Shown here: one piece after another, positions 1 to 7,306 of the stretch | Layout: each line of letters opens with the position of its first letter | Numbering within the stretch: position 1 is the stretch's first letter | Source of the DNA: a virus | IMG/VR virus record: IMGVR_UViG_3300002542_000002 | Length of the DNA: 46,935 nucleotides | Reading direction: 5' to 3' (one strand) | The notes under the pieces: model-generated | Database searches by the model: none | What the model was told of the DNA's origin: nothing | Seen by the model: only the letters and a program-made list of their open reading frames with translations | Made by a program: the position numbers and the translations under genes

Positions 1-101
1 CCAATATTCGGATTTTTATTTTTCTGCTTGGTATCCCGCCGTCGGACGAGTCGCATTTTCGGCTCATTTTTACGAATGTTTACCGACGAGTAGCGGGATA
101 A
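1..101. repeat. terminal direct repeat, left copy (identical to 46835-46935)
   Basis: Base-by-base comparison: 1-101 equals 46835-46935 (ccaatattcgg...tagcgggataa). Indicates a circular or circularly permuted assembly, or a short DTR. Confidence 0.95.
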
Positions 102-109
102 AGTTAGCG
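7..109. repeat. structured 103-nt repeat unit R1 (candidate pac/TerS-binding element or ncRNA)
   Basis: Aligns without gaps to 177-279 (70/103 identical by hand count). Conserved blocks are TTGGTATCCCGC, TCGCATTTT, TTTTTACGAAT, AGCGGGATAA and TTAGCG. Long inverted repeat TATCCCGC-CGTCGG ... CCGACG-agta-GCGGGATA. Confidence 0.7.
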
Positions 110-127
110 TTTTTCCTGTTTTTTGCT

Positions 128-175
128 GCTATCCCGCTCCCAATTTGAACATTTTCTCGCATTTTCGCCTCGATC
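128..175. repeat. partial (half) copy of the R unit
   Basis: Contains TATCCCGCTCC (130-140) and CTCGCATTTTCG (156-167) but no matching GCGGGATA arm. Confidence 0.45.
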
Positions 176-176
176 A

Positions 177-279
177 TTCGGCTTTTTGTCCTCTTTCTTG
201 GTATCCCGCTCGGGAGCAGATCGCATTTTATCTCGTTTTTTACGAATATTTTCGAGCAAAGAGCGGGATAATATTAGCG
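177..279. repeat. structured 103-nt repeat unit R2
   Basis: Second copy of R1, 170 nt downstream. Arms TATCCCGCTC / GAGCGGGATA (10 bp) enclose the same conserved TCGCATTTT and TTTTTACGAAT blocks. Confidence 0.7.
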
Positions 280-353
280 ATCCGGTTATTTTGCCTCCGG
301 ATCGGATCCTTACGAAATAATAATTACACTCGCTTTTCATGCTGTCGCTCCTT

Positions 354-1664
354 TTATGCTACTTGTTCCATAACGAAATATCTCAATGAGTCCATACAAT
401 GGTCGTTTTGCTTGAGCGGCGCATCCTCGCCTCTCTCGCTTGCTTTCGGATCCCAAACATATAAACCAAACTCTTTGATCGTTTCCTTACAATCCTCCAT
501 GACAAAGATTTGATCGTTATAAATCATATTTGCGGTTTCGGCGATCCCTTCGAGTACGTCGTTTTTCGCTGGAGTAACCGTATAGCGGCGGCGCTCAAAC
601 TCTCGAGCGAGCGCTTTAGCGGATGGATCGAGTATGATCTCGGATACCCTAACGCCTCGAGGGAGCCATTTCTCGAAATCGTCTACATACTCGGTTACAC
701 TTTTCGAGATCTTGCTCTCCCTCCCGCTATAATAGTACTCCTTGAGGATCACGAAATATTTTTTCTTCCCATCCCGGTACTCGCCGATTAAGAGGAAAAC
801 GGTAGCGTTTTGATCCCCATAGTCGCCCGATACATAGTAGCGGCGAGGCTCTCCCGGCGGTTTTTCCTTGAGTACATGCTTTTCCGGTTTGAAACATTGA
901 TAAATAACGCCGTCGGCAATAACCCATTTACCGAGGATCATTCTTTGATAACGAGCGGGGATCCCTGCATATTGCCGCTTTAGACGCTCTTTGTACTCCT
1001 CGGATAGAGCGAGGTTATCCTCAAGCGTAAACTTATGACGGCTCCAATCCTTCTTCTTTTTCTCGTTCTCTACATAGTTGGTTAAAAGCCAATGTTTCGG
1101 ATGATCCGGGTTTGTCGTCGCTAAAAGGATCGACTCCTTATACGATAAACGTCCTACTAACTCATCGAAAACCTCTTGCGGGATGAGCGAGATCTCGTCT
1201 ACGTAAGCGATCATAAGCGTCGATCCACGTACCCGGCGGATCGCATCTTTATTTTTAGCTCCGACGATAAACATCCGCCGCTTTCGAGCCTCTCCGGTTT
1301 CTCGATCGGTGTAAAAAACGTCGATATACTTGCCTTTTACATAGTGATACGATCCCTCGCCTAAAATATCCATGAAGTCATTTAGAAAGTTTCGCTCGAT
1401 TGTGTCCGGCGTTTGCCCGAGGAGCATACCGTTTCCTCTTGGGAGAGTAGTTATCTTCTCAATGAGCCAAGCTAAGGATAGAAACGTTTTTCCGGAGCGG
1501 ATCGATCCCTCCCACAAGTTAAACGGCTTATTACTCTCGAATAGCGCTTTTAACTGATTGAAGGTAAACGGCTTTATCCGGAATTGATCGAGATCCATCC
1601 CCAGCTCTTTCGCTAACTCCCTCCAGCTCGGGAGCTTCTTTTCCGGATGTATTAGCCCGATCAT
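354..1664 (-). CDS. terL: terminase large subunit (PBSX/Terminase_3-like)
   Basis: 436-aa ORF with P-loop WEGSIRSGKTFLS and Walker B-like STLMIAYVDEIS. C-terminal nuclease half (...QNDHCMDSLRYF). Lies 4 nt downstream of terS. Confidence 0.93.
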   Translation of the reverse strand: MIGLIHPEKKLPSWRELAKELGMDLDQFRIKPFTFNQLKALFESNKPFNLWEGSIRSGKTFLSLAWLIEKITTLPRGNGMLLGQTPDTIERNFLNDFMDILGEGSYHYVKGKYIDVFYTDRETGEARKRRMFIVGAKNKDAIRRVRGSTLMIAYVDEISLIPQEVFDELVGRLSYKESILLATTNPDHPKHWLLTNYVENEKKKKDWSRHKFTLEDNLALSEEYKERLKRQYAGIPARYQRMILGKWVIADGVIYQCFKPEKHVLKEKPPGEPRRYYVSGDYGDQNATVFLLIGEYRDGKKKYFVILKEYYYSGRESKISKSVTEYVDDFEKWLPRGVRVSEIILDPSAKALAREFERRRYTVTPAKNDVLEGIAETANMIYNDQIFVMEDCKETIKEFGLYVWDPKASERGEDAPLKQNDHCMDSLRYFVMEQVA

Positions 1665-1667
1665 CGC

Positions 1668-2180
1668 TTACTCCTCCTCTTGCTCGTTATCTTGATCCGG
1701 ATCCTCGCCGTTTTCAGCTTGCGCTTTTCGTAATTGAGCCTCGTAAAGTTTTCGTCCGGCTTGGATAGCGTCGGTTAGCTCTTTCATTAAGCCGCCTTTT
1801 CCGGCATCGCCTTCTCCCATAAGCTCTAAGTCGAGCTGGATAATACGAACGAGATCGAGCGGCGTTTCGATCTTGAATTTTTGAGCCTTAAAATCCTCGA
1901 TCGCTTTCGCTATCATCGCCTTAAGAAAGGTATGATATTTCGCTTTGATCTCGACGATCGTTTCGTTTGTCTTTTTCTCGAGGAGCTTAGCGTTTTCCGC
2001 ATCTCTAAGCTCGATCCGACTTTTCCAATCAAACGAAACGCTCCAATTATGGACACTCGTTAAAGAAACGTTAAACTCTTTCGCTACATCTCGGAGGTTT
2101 CGTTTATCTCCCATCGCATAGTAATATTCAAACGCCCGGCGATGTATTTCCTTTTCCTCTTTGATTAAGGAGCTAGGCAT
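1668..2180 (-). CDS. terS: terminase small subunit
   Basis: 170 aa with N-terminal HTH (RNLRDVAKEFNVSLTSVHNWSVSF), coiled-coil middle and acidic tail. Positioned directly upstream of terL. Confidence 0.8.
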   Translation of the reverse strand: MPSSLIKEEKEIHRRAFEYYYAMGDKRNLRDVAKEFNVSLTSVHNWSVSFDWKSRIELRDAENAKLLEKKTNETIVEIKAKYHTFLKAMIAKAIEDFKAQKFKIETPLDLVRIIQLDLELMGEGDAGKGGLMKELTDAIQAGRKLYEAQLRKAQAENGEDPDQDNEQEEE

Positions 2181-2393
2181 ATTATCGCCTCCTTTTGCTT
2201 TATATTTCTTGTTAAATTTTAGACATATCGCTTATACGTTGTTTATATCTCAATTTTACCATGATGATACTAAAATTAGCGCTTTATCCCGCTCCTCCAT
2301 CTCTTTATAAATCTTTAGCGGCTCTCTTGAAAATGTTAAAGATGATCCCCTCGATCCCGCTCCGCTCTTGAATTTTTCGAGCTTTAACAGACA

Positions 2394-2424
2394 ATAAAAA
2401 AGAGGGAGCGTTTCCGCTTCCCTC
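2394..2424 (-). terminator. rho-independent terminator ending the early/middle region
   Basis: Minus strand reads GAGGGAAGCG-GAAA-CGCTCCCTC followed by TTTTTT. Lies 7 nt after the stop of the 2431-2655 ORF. Confidence 0.8.
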
Positions 2425-2430
2425 ATCCGC

Positions 2431-2655
2431 TTAATGGATCCGTCTAACCCGCTTCACTTTGTAGCCGCTCTCGACGGTTTCACATTCGACGACATAATCC
2501 CGGCTTTGTATCGCCGAGTATGTCGAATAATACTCCGAAACGTGAAACTCCCGAGTATCGTTAAACCAACAAGCCCGGATATTTATGTTTTTGCCGACAC
2601 AAAACTTTTTAATATCGTTCTCATCCTTGACGATCGTACCTAATGGAATGAACAT
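2431..2655 (-). CDS. hypothetical protein (74 aa)
   Basis: ORF with SD GGGAGGG 6 nt upstream of ATG. In operon register. Confidence 0.6.
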   Translation of the reverse strand: MFIPLGTIVKDENDIKKFCVGKNINIRACWFNDTREFHVSEYYSTYSAIQSRDYVVECETVESGYKVKRVRRIH

Positions 2656-2657
2656 AC

Positions 2658-2978
2658 TTAACCCTCCCGCTCCGCTTTTTGGTTTTGCTTGAGGCGGCGG
2701 AGGAGAAAGAGCGCTCCTTCTAAGGCGCTTATCTTCCCCGCCTCGGTGTATTTATGAGCATCGTCTAAATAGAGATCGTGATTAAGCTCATACCGTTTTA
2801 GAACGATCAACCGATTAAGCTCATCGATAACCTCATCGAGCGTTTTCGGATCGGTGTTAGGTTTTCGCTTTCTTAGCTCCTCCATTTCCTCGCATTGATC
2901 GCAATAATCAAGCCATCCCTCGATAGTTGTTCCACATCCCCGGCAAGTAGTAACGCTTTCCGATGGATCCCAGCGCAT
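2658..2978 (-). CDS. hypothetical zinc-ribbon protein (106 aa)
   Basis: CRGC...CDQC cysteine pairs. SD AAGGAGGAG. TAATG stop/start overlap with the upstream ORF. Confidence 0.65.
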   Translation of the reverse strand: MRWDPSESVTTCRGCGTTIEGWLDYCDQCEEMEELRKRKPNTDPKTLDEVIDELNRLIVLKRYELNHDLYLDDAHKYTEAGKISALEGALFLLRRLKQNQKAEREG

Positions 2979-3208
2979 TATTTTTCTCCTCCTTCTCGTT
3001 TATAACTCATCCGCTCCCGATACGTTAGCGGTATTAAGATGTTTAAGAGATCGATAGCGTTATTTTCCTCGAGCGCCCGGAGGAGATCCGCCTTTTCTCG
3101 CTCGCTTGCTCCCCGGACGACTCGAAATAAGTATCGATTTATCTCCGCTTGGAAGCTTTCCTCCTCTTTGCTTGCCTTCGCCGCTAAGAAATCGATGATC
3201 TTTTCCAT
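2978..3208 (-). CDS. hypothetical protein (76 aa)
   Basis: First ORF after the class I promoter at 3264-3292. SD AGGGGAG. Confidence 0.6.
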   Translation of the reverse strand: MEKIIDFLAAKASKEEESFQAEINRYLFRVVRGASEREKADLLRALEENNAIDLLNILIPLTYRERMSYKREGGEK

Positions 3209-3263
3209 GTGTACCGCTCCCCTTTCGTTTATTTTCTTGGCGATAATATCCTTTACGACTCTA

Positions 3264-3292
3264 ATTATAAGTTAATTCGTTTCACTTGTAAA
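3264..3292 (-). promoter_or_regulatory. sigma-A type promoter, class I (TTTACA-17-TATAAT within the TGTTTACAAGTGAAAC box)
   Basis: Minus strand reads TGTTTACAAGTGAAACGAATTAACTTATAAT. The -35 is at 3287-3292, the -10 at 3264-3269, and the spacer is exactly 17 nt. Confidence 0.75.
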
Positions 3293-3328
3293 CATATAAA
3301 TTATATTTTCGGCGATATTTTTCGCAAT

Positions 3329-3355
3329 AAAAAAGAGCGAGGATTTTCCCCGCTC
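3329..3355 (-). terminator. rho-independent terminator
   Basis: Minus strand reads GAGCGGGG-AAAAT-CCTCGCTC followed by TTTTTT. Lies downstream of the 3381-3626 ORF. Confidence 0.7.
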
Positions 3356-3380
3356 CGTTTTTTGTTTTACCCTTGATCGT

Positions 3381-3626
3381 CTATACGGAAAAGGTAGCGT
3401 TATCTTTTTCATTCTCTCCCGCTCCCTCCTCGATCTTAAAGAAATATCGTAAATGTCGCCGCTCGGCGATATAGAGCGTTTTTTCTCCGATGATAACCGT
3501 ATATCCGATCCCCGGACGTTTCCCGCCTAAAAGCTCTCCGGTTTCGCCTTTCTTGATCGTTAGCGTTTTCTCGGTTTTCCCATCGTTTAAGATCATATCC
3601 CGCTTAGCTATTACTTTTCTCCGCAT
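3381..3626 (-). CDS. hypothetical protein (81 aa)
   Basis: ORF with SD GGAGGAGG upstream. Followed by a terminator. Confidence 0.6.
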   Translation of the reverse strand: MRRKVIAKRDMILNDGKTEKTLTIKKGETGELLGGKRPGIGYTVIIGEKTLYIAERRHLRYFFKIEEGAGENEKDNATFSV

Positions 3627-3629
3627 TGT

Positions 3630-3869
3630 TTAATATTCCTCCTCCGCTAAGATCGCCTTTATTTCGTCTTTTCCCGCCTCCAGCAAGCCCATGAGCTTTA
3701 ATACGTTCATCGTCGTATATCCGGCTTTGATCGTTCCATCTTGGCAAAGGGATATACATATGAGATGTTTAACCTCTCCTCGCTCCGCCGCCGCTAATAC
3801 ATTTTTGGCAAGCGAGAGGGGAGTAACTTTCCCCTCTTTTCTCGCTTTGTATTCGCTAAATTGATCCAT
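3630..3869 (-). CDS. hypothetical protein (79 aa)
   Basis: ORF with SD AAGGAGGA upstream. Confidence 0.6.
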   Translation of the reverse strand: MDQFSEYKARKEGKVTPLSLAKNVLAAAERGEVKHLICISLCQDGTIKAGYTTMNVLKLMGLLEAGKDEIKAILAEEEY

Positions 3870-3886
3870 CCTATCCCCTTTCCTCC

Positions 3887-4003
3887 TTACTCTCCCGCTC
3901 CGGGATCGTTCTTTTTGTCTTTTTTGATCGGCAATAAACTGATAGTGAAACCGAGTACAAGGAAAATAAGGATTGTATAGCCAATATAGCGTAATTCGAT
4001 CAT
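3887..4003 (-). CDS. small single-pass membrane peptide (38 aa)
   Basis: Internal ATG at 4003 with SD AGGAGAGG 5 nt upstream. MIELRYIGYTILIFLVLGFTISLLPIKK has one hydrophobic helix. The longer track ORF (to 4132) would overlap the ParB-like gene by 100 nt. Confidence 0.5.
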   Translation of the reverse strand: MIELRYIGYTILIFLVLGFTISLLPIKKDKKNDPGAGE

Positions 4004-4031
4004 AATAGCCTCTCCTATCTTTTGCGTTGTC

Positions 4032-4727
4032 TTATAAGCCGAGCCGGATCTTAATCTCGTCGATAACGCTCTCGTAATCGTCGCCATGAGTCGCCTTGAT
4101 CTCTTGGATCCATGTATTATAAACGTCGGCATTTACCATAAACTCGTATTTTCCGATCTTGAAAAATACCTCTTTCGGCGGTTTTTCTTCTTGAGGCTCC
4201 TCGTATGGTAGCTCCTCCGGCTCCGGATCCTCTTTTTCGATCTCTCCCGGATCCGATCCGCCTCCCAGCTCGTCGAAATCGGAGGTATCCATCTCTAATT
4301 GATCGAGATCATCTAACCCGGCGAGCAAGCTATCGAGATCCTCCTCGTCGAAACCTGTAAGCTTTAGCTCCGGCGTTTCTAACTCTTGGACGAGTTGAGC
4401 GAGTTTATCGAGATCCCACTCCGAGCCGACTTTAGGGTTATTAAGTGTAATGTTTAACGCTTTTTCCTTCTCGAGCGGGAGATCGACTACCGATACTTTT
4501 ACCTTTTGGATCCCCTCGTCGAGATACATATAATATCTTTGATGACCGCCGACGATGTTCCCGGTACGTTTGTTCCATACGATCGGGAGTACTTCCCCAA
4601 ACTCCATAAGGGAAGCTTTTAGCTTTTCGTACCCTTTATCTCCCCGGCGGAGGATCTTTCTCGGGTTGTATTCGGCGGGTTTGAGATCTTTTATATCGAC
4701 GGTTTGCATTTCTATCGCTCTAATCAT
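4032..4727 (-). CDS. ParB N-terminal (ParB/Srx nuclease-like) domain protein with acidic C-terminal half
   Basis: 231 aa. DIKDLKPAEYNPRK ... IVGGHQRY motifs are typical of the ParB-like domain. Residues ~120-190 are strongly acidic (DEEDLDSLLAGLDDLDQLEMDTSDFDE...). Confidence 0.7.
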   Translation of the reverse strand: MIRAIEMQTVDIKDLKPAEYNPRKILRRGDKGYEKLKASLMEFGEVLPIVWNKRTGNIVGGHQRYYMYLDEGIQKVKVSVVDLPLEKEKALNITLNNPKVGSEWDLDKLAQLVQELETPELKLTGFDEEDLDSLLAGLDDLDQLEMDTSDFDELGGGSDPGEIEKEDPEPEELPYEEPQEEKPPKEVFFKIGKYEFMVNADVYNTWIQEIKATHGDDYESVIDEIKIRLGL

Positions 4728-4749
4728 AATAATAACTCCTTTCCAATGT

Positions 4750-4794
4750 AAAAAGGCGCTTTATCTCCCCCTTACATAGAGATAAGCGCCTTTT
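4750..4794. terminator. strong bidirectional-looking terminator hairpin
   Basis: GGCGCTTTATCTC (4755-4767) pairs with GAGATAAGCGCC (4779-4790). An A-run lies before it and a T-run after it, so a U-tract is present in both orientations. Confidence 0.7.
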
Positions 4795-5081
4795 GATATT
4801 GAGGGATAACTCCGGTACTCACTCCGCAAACAGGCAAGCAAAAAACAGAGCTTCCCGGTTAGACTCTACCCTCGAGAGCCTCCTCTAAGCTAATTTATAG
4901 AGATCTTAGAGGTATCTCTATTACTCACTCCTTGTTACGCTCGTTAAATAACGAGGAGCGGTACCCTGCTTATACGATAACATATCCGCCGCCTTTTTTG
5001 CTGGGAGGATATGAGCGGCGCTACCCATATCTCCCCGATTCCTTATCGTTATAGGGTTAATTTTGTCTTTTTAACCGTTTT
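4795..5081 (-). other. non-coding, structure-rich island (candidate ncRNA, leader or ori)
   Basis: No ORF of 60 aa or more in any frame. Multiple mutually exclusive hairpins and pseudoknot-type complementarities. Direct repeat GGAGTGAGTA x2 on the minus strand. Only one GATC in the 4741-5081 island. Confidence 0.4.
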
Positions 5082-5378
5082 TTAGTTTCTCTTTGTTTCA
5101 TCCTTTGTGTATTCATAGAAAATATAGGCGACTTGTTGCCATAGATCCCGCTCCCGCTTGAGTTTTCGGATCTCCTCTTTTAGTTGGTTGTTTTCGTTCA
5201 TGAGATCCATAACCTCGCCGCTATATACTTGGTACTCCTCCAGCTCGTCAAACTCCGCTAGTTTCTCCGTCGCCGCTGTTATATTTTCCGGCTCGAAAGC
5301 TTCTCCAGCGTCAAAAAATTGTAAATTGAGCGGGATCCCCTTTACTTGCCGCTCTCCAGCTTTAAAAAATTCACCCAT
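5082..5378 (-). CDS. hypothetical acidic coiled-coil protein carrying an N-terminal LNLQFF (Prp-type) motif
   Basis: 98 aa. Residues 17-23 are LNLQFFD. SD AAAGGAG 9 nt upstream. Confidence 0.65.
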   Translation of the reverse strand: MGEFFKAGERQVKGIPLNLQFFDAGEAFEPENITAATEKLAEFDELEEYQVYSGEVMDLMNENNQLKEEIRKLKRERDLWQQVAYIFYEYTKDETKRN

Positions 5379-5403
5379 CGAAAAGATCTCCTTTCTTTTG
5401 TTT

Positions 5404-5889
5404 TTAAGCCCTTCCTCGGCTCATATTTAATTGATTAAGCTCGATATGCTGGCGAGTTTGGATCTTCTTAAGGATGTTTATTTGCTCCAATATGTAAGCC
5501 CGAGCGTTTTCCCAGCGCTTGGCGTTTTTGATCCATTCCCGCTCTTTTTCTCGGTAAGGGATAAGATCGATTTGAGCTTTATACTCGGCATCCTTCGATG
5601 AGTATTTTTTGCCGTCTTTCCCTCGCCCTTCTCGGTACATAAAGTAAAACTCCGCCTCTTTTTCTTTTCTTATAGCATAAGCTCTCTCTTTCTCCTCTAA
5701 AGCGATCGCTTGTAATTGTCCGACGATATCGAGTACATGTCCGTAAGCTTGGATCTTCTCCTCGATCATCGTTTCCTCATCGAGCATCTTTGCCCGGTTA
5801 TGGACGACGATAAGCCGCTTATAAAGCTCTTGATAGTCAAGGCTAAACGTTAGCTCCGCCTCCGGGTATCGTATTTCCTCTTTATTCAT
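5404..5889 (-). CDS. hypothetical coiled-coil protein (161 aa)
   Basis: Start moved to the ATG at 5889 (MNKEEIRYPE...) with SD GGAAGGAG. The longer track ORF would overlap the RusA-like gene by >100 nt. Confidence 0.6.
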   Translation of the reverse strand: MNKEEIRYPEAELTFSLDYQELYKRLIVVHNRAKMLDEETMIEEKIQAYGHVLDIVGQLQAIALEEKERAYAIRKEKEAEFYFMYREGRGKDGKKYSSKDAEYKAQIDLIPYREKEREWIKNAKRWENARAYILEQINILKKIQTRQHIELNQLNMSRGRA

Positions 5890-6358
5890 TTCTCCCGCTC
5901 CTTCCCAATTCGTAAGGGATAACCTCGATCTCGATCCTCGGATCTTTCGGATCGATCTCGAAATCTTGGATCCGGAGGAGGATATAATAATCATCCTCCG
6001 CTATGACTCCCTTTAAAGCATCGAGTAATAGTTTCGGTACGTTATGAGTATCCCGGATCCGCTTGTCGGGAAAATAAAACCATACATCGGCATATACTTT
6101 CTCTTTCGGCGGGATCCGGTAGCCGTTTCGGTTTTTCCATGAGAGCGCCATAAGCCGCCATTTATCCCGATGAGCCTCGGCGATCTTTGAGAGCGCTCTT
6201 TGCCCGGTATTTTTCATTTTCTTTTCTTTCGGATCCCAGCGAGCGATATTTACGAAAATATGATTTTCGGTAGGAAACAATCCCTTAGAGTTTTGAGGAG
6301 TGTAAAGCTTGCCTTTATGCTCCCCAAACATCATAAGAGGCAAAACAATCCGCTCCAT
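5882..6358 (-). CDS. rusA: RusA-like Holliday junction resolvase
   Basis: 158 aa. ...DKRIRDTHNVPKLLLDALKGVIAEDDYY matches the RusA D-x-(D/H)N...K...DAL...DD signature. Confidence 0.7.
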   Translation of the reverse strand: MERIVLPLMMFGEHKGKLYTPQNSKGLFPTENHIFVNIARWDPKEKKMKNTGQRALSKIAEAHRDKWRLMALSWKNRNGYRIPPKEKVYADVWFYFPDKRIRDTHNVPKLLLDALKGVIAEDDYYILLRIQDFEIDPKDPRIEIEVIPYELGRSGRNE

Positions 6359-6362
6359 CCGC

Positions 6363-6485
6363 TTACTCCCCTCTTTTTCTTTTTAGCTCCTCATTTTTAA
6401 GCTTGAAACCTTCAAAAACGCCCATAAGAAAGTCGTATATAACCCAGCTAACAGCGGCGCAAAAAATGAGATCCCAAAGATCCAT
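6363..6485 (-). CDS. small membrane peptide (40 aa)
   Basis: Below the track threshold, read by hand: MDLWDLIFCAAVSWVIYDFLMGVFEGFKLKNEELKRKRGE. The ATG directly abuts the upstream stop (TAAATG). Confidence 0.4.
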   Translation of the reverse strand: MDLWDLIFCAAVSWVIYDFLMGVFEGFKLKNEELKRKRGE

Positions 6486-6725
6486 TTATACCATCTCCCC
6501 GCTTTCGTATTTATCGATGATCGCTTTTACTTTCGGAGCGTAAGGCTCGTCCGTATTTACGACATAGTAATGAGGATCCGGGTTTTTCCCTTTCTGTTTT
6601 CGGTACTCTTTAACGGTATCGAGTATCCCGATCATTTGTTTAACTTGCTCATCCGATAAAGCCTCCTCGAGATCATCCAGCTTTAAAACGATAAACTTTA
6701 CGAAATCGACTTTCTCGCCGCTCAT
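6486..6725 (-). CDS. hypothetical protein (79 aa)
   Basis: ORF in register. TAATGA-type overlap with the upstream ORF. Confidence 0.6.
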   Translation of the reverse strand: MSGEKVDFVKFIVLKLDDLEEALSDEQVKQMIGILDTVKEYRKQKGKNPDPHYYVVNTDEPYAPKVKAIIDKYESGEMV

Positions 6726-6991
6726 TATTTTTTACCTCTCTTTCTATTGCTTGCTTTTCTTGCCTCTCTCCTTGCTTGGATCATTTCGTAAGTATTTTCC
6801 GGGTTTTTCTTGCATACGAGCTTTAAATCCTTTGTAACTCCGACAAAAACGCTTGTCGGCTCGTTAATTTTAAGGTAGCCTTTTAAAAATGATATAAACT
6901 TTTCCTCATTTTCCACAAACATTAAATAATAATGTGGATAAGCGACGTAATACTCGCCCGGTTTGAGCGGCTCCGGATAATCGTAAGCCAT
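6725..6991 (-). CDS. hypothetical protein (88 aa)
   Basis: SD AAGGAGGG upstream of ATG. Confidence 0.6.
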   Translation of the reverse strand: MAYDYPEPLKPGEYYVAYPHYYLMFVENEEKFISFLKGYLKINEPTSVFVGVTKDLKLVCKKNPENTYEMIQARREARKASNRKRGKK

Positions 6992-7002
6992 AAGATCCCT
7001 CC

Positions 7003-7230
7003 TTAGTAGTTATATTTCGCCTCGTCCGCCGGGAGCTGGACATGCTTTTTTACCGCTTTGCATTTATAACACCATAGATCCTTTATATGTCCGGCTTGAT
7101 AAGCCCGGCTTTTATGGATCCCCCGATATACGATATACTTGTTAGAGCAATCCGGACACTCGACGACGCTCCGGGATACCGCTCGTTTTGCTATAATACT
7201 ATATCTCCCTCTAACGTTTTCTTTTGCCAT
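7003..7230 (-). CDS. hypothetical zinc-finger protein (75 aa)
   Basis: CPDC...CYKC cysteine pairs. SD GGGAGAGGGAG. Confidence 0.6.
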   Translation of the reverse strand: MAKENVRGRYSIIAKRAVSRSVVECPDCSNKYIVYRGIHKSRAYQAGHIKDLWCYKCKAVKKHVQLPADEAKYNY

Positions 7231-7306
7231 ACTCTCTCCCTCTCCCTTTTGATTAAGATAGGAGCCGGAAGATCCTCTCCCCGATCCCCGGCTCTTATGC
7301 TTGTTC

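Noticed and set aside
104-513. Track ORFs 104-340 (-), 123-320 (+) and 145-513 (+) in the terL-downstream gap
   Set aside because: They run through the degenerate tandem repeat units and have no Shine-Dalgarno sequence. They overlap one another in different frames and give low-complexity translations. The region is better explained as non-coding structured repeats.
4795-5081. tRNA, tmRNA or T-box leader in the non-coding island
   Set aside because: There is no GGTTCGAATCC-type T-loop, no acceptor/anticodon cloverleaf and no tag-peptide ORF. The segment CAGGGTACCGCTCC only loosely resembles the T-box GGGTGGTACCGCG core. It lies about 170 nt from the terminator instead of forming its antiterminator. 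A 34-aa ORF (MGSAAHIL...) has its ATG only 2 nt from the GGGGAG.
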